NCBI GenBank assembly: GCA_965207365.1
Contig: OZ242281.1
Location: 500,362 to 564,361 of the forward strand
DNA from: Dehalococcoidia bacterium
Lineage (GTDB): Bacteria; Chloroflexota; Dehalococcoidia; Bin125
DNA: 64,000 nucleotides
Direction: 5' to 3'
Positions 57,296 to 64,000 of this stretch are shown here, piece by piece. Every line of letters starts with the position of its first letter. Position 1 is the stretch's first letter. A model generated the notes under the pieces. That model was given only the letters and a program-made list of their open reading frames with translations, had not been told where the DNA came from and searched no databases. Position numbers and translations under genes: made by a program.

Positions 57296-57400
57296 CCATT
57301 GAAAACTCCCCTTCTCCCCCCTTACGGCGGGAGCTGCCGAATCCCTGTCCCCTTTCTCCCCCCTTACGGAGACTGATGCATAACTGAGTTTCCCGTCCCC
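57296..57400. repeat. deleted variant of the family-A MITE
   Basis: ctccccttctccccccttacggcgggagctgccgaatccctgtcccctttctccccccttacggagactgatgcataactg. Confidence 0.55.
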
Positions 57401-57540
57401 GCCCCCGAGCGGGGACCCGCTTTGGCCTGGCCCGGGCAGCACGGATCAGTTCCTGTTGACCAGATACGAGCGACAAGCATGGCCGCCGAGCAGAAGCCGG
57501 GGAAGGAACAGGCCCCCGCTCGGAGGCGGGGCCGGTTGAG
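57400..57540. repeat. 140-bp family-C element, left copy of an inverted pair (partner at 63770-63910)
   Basis: cccgtccccgcccccgagcggggacccgctttggcctggcccgggcagcacggatcagttcctgttgaccagatacgagcgacaagcatggccgccgagcagaagccggggaaggaacaggcccccgctcggaggcggggccgg is the reverse complement of 63770-63910. Confidence 0.7.
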
Positions 57541-57542
57541 AG

Positions 57543-57745
57543 GTTGTGCATCAGTCTCTTACGGCGGGAGCTGCCGAATCCCTGTCCCCTTTCTCCCCCC
57601 CTTGCGGGGGGAGATGCCGAAGGCAGAGGGGGGGCCGGCTTGGGCACGAGAGGTGAGATCCGGTGTTGGGAGGTTGCGCGACGTACCCCCCCCTCTGTCG
57701 CAAGGCGACATCTCCCCCCGCAGGGGGGAGAGGGTATTCGGGAGT
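57543..57745. repeat. MITE-like palindromic repeat (family A variant)
   Basis: gtgcatcagtctcttacggcgggagctgccg...ctcccccccttgcggggggagatgccgaaggcagaggggggg...ccccccctctgtcgcaaggcgacatctccccccgcaggggggagaggg. Confidence 0.65.
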
Positions 57746-57896
57746 TTTGCAAAGGCATCCCTCCGAGCGGGAATTGTAGGCGAGCCCTACGTTTGTTCCA
57801 GACAACCATTTGCACACGACCCGGCCAACGCGCCGCCGTCGGTTGCAACGGTTTCGCCGCGGGCCTAGCCTTGCCCTCGAACACGGGAGGGTGTGG

Positions 57897-58211
57897 ATGC
57901 CGTCTCAGTATCCGATCGATCCAAGCCGAACCGATCTCGCTCGAGAGTTCATGGCCAACCCCATGGGTCCTCATAGCGCCGCGCTGCAGCGCATCGTCAC
58001 CCGGATGCGCGACACCGAAGCGGCCGGTCGTTACGTCCTCGTCACGCTGGTGCCCTACAAGGAGTGGGGTCTCGCCCGGCTCTCCGGTCAGCGTGGCGTT
58101 GATGTCACCCTCGACGAGGACCAGGTCTTCACGTCAATCGAAGACGGAGAACGCGCGGTGTTCAAACTGCGCTGGGAACTGATCACCGGCGCCCCACTCA
58201 GCCTCGACTGA
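57897..58211 (+). CDS. hypothetical small protein, possibly the small subunit partner of the downstream DMFase-like protein
   Basis: GGAGG lies upstream of ATG 57897. 104 aa. It is immediately upstream of the large gene. The function is inferred from gene order only. Confidence 0.3.
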   Translation: MPSQYPIDPSRTDLAREFMANPMGPHSAALQRIVTRMRDTEAAGRYVLVTLVPYKEWGLARLSGQRGVDVTLDEDQVFTSIEDGERAVFKLRWELITGAPLSLD

Positions 58212-58232
58212 TGTGGCCAAAGGGAGCGATCC

Positions 58233-60479
58233 ATGCTGGAAAAGAAGATCGCGGGCTACAGCGACGAGATCAGCGTGGCTCCGGGCGAACGTATCCGCTT
58301 CATGGTTAGCTGCGAGCCCGGCGTCGATCGCTACCAGGCCGATATCGTCCGCCTCATCTCCGGCGATCGCCAACCCGGCGGGCCCGGTTATCGCGACGAA
58401 CTCCTGCCAACATCCGTCAGCGGCGAGTACCCAGGCCGCAGGCAAGAGACCTACTGCGGCTCATACGCCATCGTTCCGCACGGTCCGGCCTTTGACGGCC
58501 TTGCCGATCTCTCCCTCCAAGCGACCATCTTTCCTACGCTCCCGAGCCTTCGTCGTGCATGCGTCATCTCCAAGATGGACGTCGACGACGGCCGCGGATT
58601 CGCCCTCTGGACCGATCCCGCAGACGGCCTGGTCCTGCAACTCGGCGACGGTGACGGAGGACTGCAAGAATTCGCCCTCGGCCAGCCCTTCGTCAGCCGC
58701 GAGTGGTACCTGGTCAACGCGACGTACGACGCCGCGACCGGTGAAGTCCACTTGCGGCAACAACTGTTGGGCTCCTACGCGCTGGACACTTCCAGTGGCG
58801 AGGCCGAACACACCAGCGACAAGACCGCTGTCGTCGCCAGCGACGCGCCACTCCTGATCGCGGCCGCCAGTCGTGAAGAGGCTCGCGGAAGACCGATCGG
58901 CGAGATGATCTTCAACGGTCGCATTGAGCGGCCGGTCGTCGCTTCCCGAGTCCTGACGCAGAGCGAGATTGAAGCACTGCGCAGCGAGGATCTTCCCGTC
59001 GCCTTGCGAGTCGACATCTGCGCCGCCTGGGACTTCGCCCGCGCATTCGAGACGGACGAGATCATCGATATCTCGCCCAACCGCGCACACGGCCAGCTCG
59101 TCAACCTCCCGATTCGCGCCGTACGCGGCTCCACCTGGACCGGCGATGAGCTCAGTTTTCGCCACGCGCCGGATCAGTATGCCGCGATCCATTTCCTCGA
59201 CGACTCGCTCTACGACTGCGAGTGGGACGCCGACTTCGAACTGAAAATCCCCGCCGACACGCCGAGCGGCCTCTACGCCGCCCGGATCAGGGCCGGTGAT
59301 CAAGAAGACCACATCACCTTCGTCGTGCGGCCTCCGCGTGAAATCATTGGTCAGAGTCGGGCCGCCGCGTCGCTGGCGTTTCTCATCCCAACGGCCAGCT
59401 ACATGGCATACGGCAACTCGCGCGGCGGGATCGAGACCGGCAATGAGTTGCTTTCCAACAGCCTCCACGTCGTCTCGCCGGACGAACGCTACCTCAACCG
59501 ACACCCGGAGTATGGCAACTCCATGTATGACGTCCACAACGACGGCACGGGCGTCTGTTACTCCTCCCGGCTGCGACCGCTAATCAATATCCGCCCGACC
59601 CACCCCTGGCTCTGGCAACTCAGCGCCGACATGCACCTCGTCGAGTGGCTCGAAGCGCAAGACATCCCCTTCGATGTCATCACCGACGAAGACATGCACC
59701 AGGATGGCGTCTCGCTGCTGGAGCGCTACTCCTGCGTCATGACCTGCAGCCACCCCGAGTACTACTCCACCCCCATGTGGGACGCGGTACACGCCTTCAC
59801 CCAGCGCGGCGGGCGGCTGATGTACATGGGCGGCAACGGCTTCTACTGGCGCGTCGCCTACCGAGATGACAAACCCGGCGCCATGGAGATGCGACGGACC
59901 GAAGACGGATCCCGCTCCTGGGCCAGCGAGCCGGGCGAGTACTACATGGCCTTCACCGGCGAGTACGGCGGACTCTGGTGGCGCGCCGGACGCACCCCGC
60001 AGTCCCTGGTCGGCAACGGATTCATCGCCCAGGGCTTCGACCACTCCTCCTACTTCCGCCGCGCCCCCGGCAGCGACGACCCTCGCGCCGCATTCATCTT
60101 CGAGGGCGTCGACGACGAGATCATCGGCGACTTCGGTCTGATCGGCGGCGGCGCAGCCGGCCTCGAGCTTGACTGGGCCAGCCGTGCCTACGGCACTCCG
60201 CCTCATGCCCTGGTCGTCGCGACCTCCGAGCAGCACACCGACGCCTACATCCGTGTGAACGAGGACATCGGTCACATGCTGCCCGCGATCGGCGGACAGG
60301 ACGATCCCCGAGTGCATGCCGACGTGGTTTTCTTTGAGACGCCGCGCGGTGGCGCTGTGTTCTCCACCGGGTCGATCGGCTGGAGTTCCGCCCTGTTCCA
60401 CAACAATCACGACAACAACATCTCGCGGATCACGCGCAACGTGCTCGACCGATTCCTCGACACCACCGCGTTCACATAG
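58233..60479 (+). CDS. N,N-dimethylformamidase large (beta) subunit-family protein (tentative)
   Basis: 748-aa protein whose size and small-then-large gene arrangement match dmfA1-dmfA2. The C-terminal region has a class-I glutamine-amidotransferase-like block (CVMTCSHPEYYSTPMWDAVHAFTQRGGRLMYMGGNGFYWRV). The assignment rests on recall of the family and was not verified by search. Confidence 0.4.
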   Translation: MLEKKIAGYSDEISVAPGERIRFMVSCEPGVDRYQADIVRLISGDRQPGGPGYRDELLPTSVSGEYPGRRQETYCGSYAIVPHGPAFDGLADLSLQATIFPTLPSLRRACVISKMDVDDGRGFALWTDPADGLVLQLGDGDGGLQEFALGQPFVSREWYLVNATYDAATGEVHLRQQLLGSYALDTSSGEAEHTSDKTAVVASDAPLLIAAASREEARGRPIGEMIFNGRIERPVVASRVLTQSEIEALRSEDLPVALRVDICAAWDFARAFETDEIIDISPNRAHGQLVNLPIRAVRGSTWTGDELSFRHAPDQYAAIHFLDDSLYDCEWDADFELKIPADTPSGLYAARIRAGDQEDHITFVVRPPREIIGQSRAAASLAFLIPTASYMAYGNSRGGIETGNELLSNSLHVVSPDERYLNRHPEYGNSMYDVHNDGTGVCYSSRLRPLINIRPTHPWLWQLSADMHLVEWLEAQDIPFDVITDEDMHQDGVSLLERYSCVMTCSHPEYYSTPMWDAVHAFTQRGGRLMYMGGNGFYWRVAYRDDKPGAMEMRRTEDGSRSWASEPGEYYMAFTGEYGGLWWRAGRTPQSLVGNGFIAQGFDHSSYFRRAPGSDDPRAAFIFEGVDDEIIGDFGLIGGGAAGLELDWASRAYGTPPHALVVATSEQHTDAYIRVNEDIGHMLPAIGGQDDPRVHADVVFFETPRGGAVFSTGSIGWSSALFHNNHDNNISRITRNVLDRFLDTTAFT

Positions 60480-60645
60480 CAGGGACGTCGGAAGCCCCCG
60501 CACGGATGCCAAGCGCTCGCCAAGCGCTCACATCCGCTACACGTCGTCGCACGTCGTCGCAGAGCACTAGCATTCAACGTAGGCCGGTAGGTCGCATGTC
60601 TGCAACACACGCAGACGAGCGGACTGCCGCACTACGGAGGTTCTC

Positions 60646-60951
60646 ATGAAGACGTTAGTCATGGAGATCATCACACTGGTCGTCTTCTGGCCGCTGCGAA
60701 TCGTCTCTCGACTGTTCGGTCGTCGGGCCAACGCCAAGGTACGCCAGTGGCAGGACAACACCTGGACCTGGTGGTTGGGAGCGGCCGCCGTGGGCTACAT
60801 GGTCGGCGACCATCACCTGGGAAGCGACCAGGGACAAGGCGTCGGCGGTTACGAAGGCGGACACTACGACGGCGGACACTCCGGCGGTGGTCACGACGTC
60901 GGCGGCGGCTTCGACGGCGGCGGATTCGGCGGCGACATCGGCAGCTTCTAA
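60646..60951 (+). CDS. small membrane protein with Gly/His-rich low-complexity C-terminal tail
   Basis: N-terminal hydrophobic helix, then GGYEGGHYDGGHSGGGHDVGGGFDGGGFGGDIGSF. Confidence 0.35.
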   Translation: MKTLVMEIITLVVFWPLRIVSRLFGRRANAKVRQWQDNTWTWWLGAAAVGYMVGDHHLGSDQGQGVGGYEGGHYDGGHSGGGHDVGGGFDGGGFGGDIGSF

Positions 60952-61006
60952 GCAACCGCCCGACTCGAGCAGCGGCCATATGACCAGGCGCACCTGGATT
61001 CCCCGC

Positions 61007-61215
61007 TCCCCCTTGCAGAGACTGATGCACAACTCCCCTTCTCCCCCCTTGCGGGGGAGATGCCGAAGGCAGAGGGGGGTCCCTGCCTGTTGGCCCTATC
61101 TGGTCGTCGCCAGCCGACCCCCCCTCTGTCACTCCGTGACATCTCCCCCCGCAAGGGGGGGAGAGGGGAATCGGAGGTTATGCATCAGTCCCTGCAAGGG
61201 GGAGCGGGGAATCCA
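61007..61215. repeat. MITE-like palindromic repeat (family A, full copy with agactgatgcacaactcc / ggaggttatgcatcagtcc termini) plus short sub-unit
   Basis: Reference copy. It is internally self-complementary along its whole length (ctcccccttgcgggggagatg pairs with catctccccccgcaagggggggagagg, and cagaggggggtc pairs with gaccccccctctg). Confidence 0.8.
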
Positions 61216-61522
61216 GGTGCGCTTTGCATAGGCTCTTAGCATCCATGTGAACTGACCCTAGCTACGTGCACTGGAATTCTGATTGCCTGCCTCGTCAGTT
61301 CGGGGCTGGTCACGGCGCCGGCTCGTCGGCCAGGAACTCGGTACACGAGCACAGGTCTTGCTGCTCCGCCGCGACTCCTGGGTGAGGACGTCTCGACCGC
61401 GTATGGATGCAAACGGCCGATGTGCATAGGCTACGGATTCGGACAGATCGAAGAGAGCATGGAGGGGGAGTGGAATGATGACTGATCGACCCAGACCACA
61501 CAGCGCTAACTCGCGCGGACGT

Positions 61523-61537
61523 GGGGGGGGGGGGGGG
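61523..61537 (+). repeat. 15-nt poly-G homopolymer inside the 5' end of a secreted-protein gene
   Basis: GTG at 61521 is followed by G15. The downstream signal-peptide frame is +1 relative to this GTG. A tract of 14 G would give M-GGGG-VRLPRRHRPWFALAAVAALALLAAVATLNSQPAEA, a complete signal peptide. Confidence 0.6.
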
Positions 61538-61581
61538 TACGCCTGCCACGGCGGCACCGACCCTGGTTCGCCCTGGCCGCA

Positions 61582-63549
61582 GTGGCGGCGCTGGCACTGC
61601 TGGCAGCCGTCGCGACGCTGAATAGCCAACCCGCTGAAGCGCAGTGGCAACCCTGTGTCTTCGTGCATCCCACAAGCGTCACCGTCACGGAAGGCGAAGC
61701 GGCCGAGCTGACGCTGACGACGACCACCGTCCTCAAGAAAGCGGTCGAGGTGACCTTGATAGCAGTAGGCGGAACGGCCACAAGAGGAGACAACGACTTC
61801 CCCAGCGCCCCGCTGACGGCAACGATTCGTGCGAACCAGTTCAGGACCACAGTAAACTTCCCGACAACCTGGAATGCCCCGACTGAACCAGATGAGTCGT
61901 TCGAGGTGGACATCCTCGTAACCGGCCTAAACGCTGACCTGGTGCCGTGTGAGAATCGTAGCCGCGCGACGATTACGATCGAGGATGTCCCACAATCCAC
62001 CGTCCATATCACCGGCCGCACGCCGCTGCAGCCATGGTACGAAGGCAACAGCCTCACCTTCGGCGTCTTCGTCGACGACGCTGTGGTCCAACCGATCGAC
62101 TACACCGTTCGCGTGAACCTCAGTGGCGCGACCAACTTCCTGGCCCCGGGCGAGAGCACCACTCGCAACGTCAGGATCAAAAAAGGCTCCATTGGCACGC
62201 ATTTCAAGGTGCGGACGATAGACGACGGCGTCAGCGAATCCGACGGAGACATCACCGCGACGCTGGCGACGCCAGCGACAAGTGCCCGTTATGTGCTGGA
62301 CAGTGACACGTCGCGGCGCTCCCGTGCGCTACGCGTCTCCGACAACGACGGCTCGTCGGGTTTCTCTTCCACGGTGACGTTGGGCGGCACAACCGCCACG
62401 AGCACGACGATCTCCGAGGGCTTCCTGCCACCACGTGAGCAGACGGGCACTCCTGCCAGTACGTACGGCAACGTGGCGAACCTGGCGCTGGCCACGACCG
62501 GCTCATTCGAGCAGGGTCTGGTGCGACTGTTCCTCGAAGTTGGCGGCACCGCCGAGTACGGGGTCGACTATCTGCTGCAAGTCTGGGACCCGGGCTTTGT
62601 CGGCGGCTGGTACAACCTGTCCCGGTCGTACATTCGCCCGCCCGCGGGCGGCAAACTCGGTCAGGTGGAGTGGGTCCCATTCTCGCGGAACAGCCACCTC
62701 CGAGTGGTCGCCCTGGCTGATCGCGACACCGATACCGGCGAAACCATCACGATCAAGGTGGTCAATTGGAACACCACGAAGCTGTACCATCCCCGTGCGC
62801 ACGTGACTCTGTCGAACAATGTCGCCCACACCATCACCATCGGTACGGACATCGTCGGCACGGTGCGGCTCTCCTCCAGTGAGCCGTCAGGTGAGATTGG
62901 CGAGACCAATGGGCACGGAGAGCCGGCCAAGCAGACCGTCGACCCGACGCCGCAGCCGCCATTGGAGAAGTACGCCGCGCTGGTCAAGTCGTTCTACGAC
63001 CGCATCAGCGCCAAGAACCAGCACGGCGACAGCGCCGGCGGCGGCTGGAACAAGCGCTTCCTCAAGGCGATGGGTCACCCGGAGTACGTCGACTACCCGC
63101 AGCCCGCAGTGACGGTCGCGGATGCGACAAGGCTCTGGAATCACGGCGGACAGGGCGCCAACACAGCCTGGGACGGCACGGTCGAAGCGGTAACCTACGC
63201 CAACCAGTACGTCGCGCCCACGCCGACACCAACGCCGACACCCACTCCGACTCCGACGCCCACTCCGACTCCGACGGTCGAGCCTGAGCCGACGCCGCAG
63301 CCGCCGCTCGAGAAGTACGCGACGCTGATCGCGCGGATCAAGACGGACATGCAGAGTCCGAACTACGGCAACGAGGCACACGACCTGAAGCGGGTGCTGA
63401 AGACGCTCGGCGTGCCCGAGTACGCCAACTACGACGGCAACCCGGTCGGAGTGCAAGAGGCGACCAACCGTCGCACGAAGCCCAACGACAACCCGCACTG
63501 GGCAGGCATCGCCGAGGCGATTCAGTACGCGCAGTCGTACACGCCATAG
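61582..63549 (+). CDS. secreted repeat protein with Calx-beta-like domains, a (PT)n linker and duplicated C-terminal domains; the 5' end is apparently frameshifted or phase-variable at the G-tract
   Basis: TVTEGEAAELTLTTT-type Calx-beta signatures. PTPTPTPTPTPTPTPTPT linker. Two homologous roughly 90-aa C-terminal modules each start TPQPPLEKYA. As written the ORF starts at GTG 61582 with a truncated signal peptide. Confidence 0.55.
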   Translation: MAALALLAAVATLNSQPAEAQWQPCVFVHPTSVTVTEGEAAELTLTTTTVLKKAVEVTLIAVGGTATRGDNDFPSAPLTATIRANQFRTTVNFPTTWNAPTEPDESFEVDILVTGLNADLVPCENRSRATITIEDVPQSTVHITGRTPLQPWYEGNSLTFGVFVDDAVVQPIDYTVRVNLSGATNFLAPGESTTRNVRIKKGSIGTHFKVRTIDDGVSESDGDITATLATPATSARYVLDSDTSRRSRALRVSDNDGSSGFSSTVTLGGTTATSTTISEGFLPPREQTGTPASTYGNVANLALATTGSFEQGLVRLFLEVGGTAEYGVDYLLQVWDPGFVGGWYNLSRSYIRPPAGGKLGQVEWVPFSRNSHLRVVALADRDTDTGETITIKVVNWNTTKLYHPRAHVTLSNNVAHTITIGTDIVGTVRLSSSEPSGEIGETNGHGEPAKQTVDPTPQPPLEKYAALVKSFYDRISAKNQHGDSAGGGWNKRFLKAMGHPEYVDYPQPAVTVADATRLWNHGGQGANTAWDGTVEAVTYANQYVAPTPTPTPTPTPTPTPTPTPTVEPEPTPQPPLEKYATLIARIKTDMQSPNYGNEAHDLKRVLKTLGVPEYANYDGNPVGVQEATNRRTKPNDNPHWAGIAEAIQYAQSYTP

Positions 63550-63577
63550 CCGGTCGGCCGCAACACCGCCCGCGAAT

Positions 63578-63760
63578 CCTCTCTCCCCCCCTCGCGGGGG
63601 GAGATGTCACGACTCCCGAATCCTCTCTCCCCCCCTTGCGGGGGGAGATGCCGAAGGCAGAGGGGGGGTCCGCTGTTCAGCAGCCCTATCTGGTCATCAG
63701 CAGCCGACCCCCCCTCTGTCACTCCGTGACATCTCCCCCCGCAAGAGACTGATGCACAAC
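63578..63760. repeat. MITE-like palindromic repeat (family A)
   Basis: ctctcccccccttgcggggggagatgccgaaggcagagggggggtcc...gaccccccctctgtcactccgtgacatctccccccgcaagagactgatgcacaacc. Confidence 0.7.
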
Positions 63761-63769
63761 CTCTCAACC

Positions 63770-63910
63770 GCCCCCGCCTCCGAGCGGGGCCTGTTCCTTC
63801 CCCGGCTTCTGCTCGGCGGCCATGCTTGTCGCTCGTATCTGCTCAACAGGAACTGATCCGTGCTGCCCAGGCCAGGCCAAAGCGGGTCCCCGCTCGGGGG
63901 CGGGGACGGG
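63770..63910. repeat. 140-bp family-C element, right copy (inverted relative to 57400-57540)
   Basis: Reverse complement of 57400-57540 across its whole length. Confidence 0.7.
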
Positions 63911-64000
63911 AAACTCAGTTATGCATCAGTCTCTTGCGGGGGGAGATGTCACGACTCCCGAATCCCCTCTCCCCCCCTTGCGGAGACTGATGCATAACTC
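63905..64000. repeat. partial family-A MITE copies running off the window end
   Basis: actcagttatgcatcagtctcttgcggggggagatgtcacgactcccgaatcccctctcccccccttgcggagactgatgcataactc. Confidence 0.55.

Noticed and set aside
58461-60512. Minus-strand ORFs 58461..59537 and 59580..60512
   Set aside because: Antisense to the 748-aa DMFase-like gene. Low-complexity translations.
62887-63498. Minus-strand 203-aa ORF overlapping the secreted repeat protein
   Set aside because: Arg-rich antisense translation of PT-repeat DNA.
57400-63910. Canonical composite transposon or IS element
   Set aside because: No transposase/integrase ORF inside or adjacent. The 140-bp inverted repeats belong to a family that also occurs as tight hairpin pairs elsewhere. 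Reported only as an IR-bounded segment.
32756-64000. CRISPR array interpretation of the recurring G/C-rich repeats
   Set aside because: Repeats are about 170-200 bp, internally palindromic, irregularly spaced and intergenic, with no uniform short repeats separated by unique spacers and no cas genes. MITE/REP-like elements fit better.
1-64000. tRNA, rRNA or tmRNA genes
   Set aside because: No cloverleaf-like or rRNA-like conserved segments noticed on either strand. Cannot be excluded without a covariance-model scan, but nothing is supportable by eye.

Overview
This is a 64 kb high-GC (about 65-67%) bacterial chromosomal window, gene-dense on both strands, with several clearly lower-GC islets. 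Much of it encodes ordinary CoA-ester, redox and transport functions. These include an MFS exporter, an acyl-CoA dehydrogenase, a lutC-lutB/A lactate-utilisation pair, two thiolase-like/DUF35 pairs, two CaiB-type CoA-transferases, a carboxyltransferase, a tungsten-type aldehyde:ferredoxin oxidoreductase with a MoaD-like gene, Dpp/Opp-type ABC components, SDR, enolase-superfamily, PTE-like, LLM, TauD and proline dehydrogenase genes.

Five things stand out:
1. An unusually complete, eukaryote-like sterol biosynthesis cluster at 44.6-54.8 kb. It contains an EBP-like 8,7-isomerase, an SdmB-like 3beta-HSD/epimerase, an SdmA-like Rieske oxygenase, an ERG4/ERG24-family sterol reductase, CYP51, a single-polypeptide squalene monooxygenase-oxidosqualene cyclase fusion, and a C-24 sterol methyltransferase.
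2. A selenoprotein of the UGSC family with an in-frame TGA (Sec-Gly-Ser-Cys) and a downstream hairpin. The ORF track split it into two ORFs.
3. A tandem array of six divergent paralogous single-pass membrane protein genes (20.6-23.4 kb). One of them has a recent in-frame 117-bp tandem duplication.
4. A low-GC, single-polypeptide MmeI-like type IIG restriction-modification gene.
5. A dense population of a roughly 170-200 bp palindromic MITE-like repeat (at least 12 copies), plus a second hairpin repeat family. Copies of the second family form 140-bp inverted repeats bounding a 6.4-kb segment (57.4-63.9 kb). That segment carries a putative N,N-dimethylformamidase-like two-gene module and a secreted Calx-beta/PT-repeat protein whose signal peptide is interrupted by a 15-G homopolymer tract.

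No rRNA, tRNA or CRISPR array was recognised.
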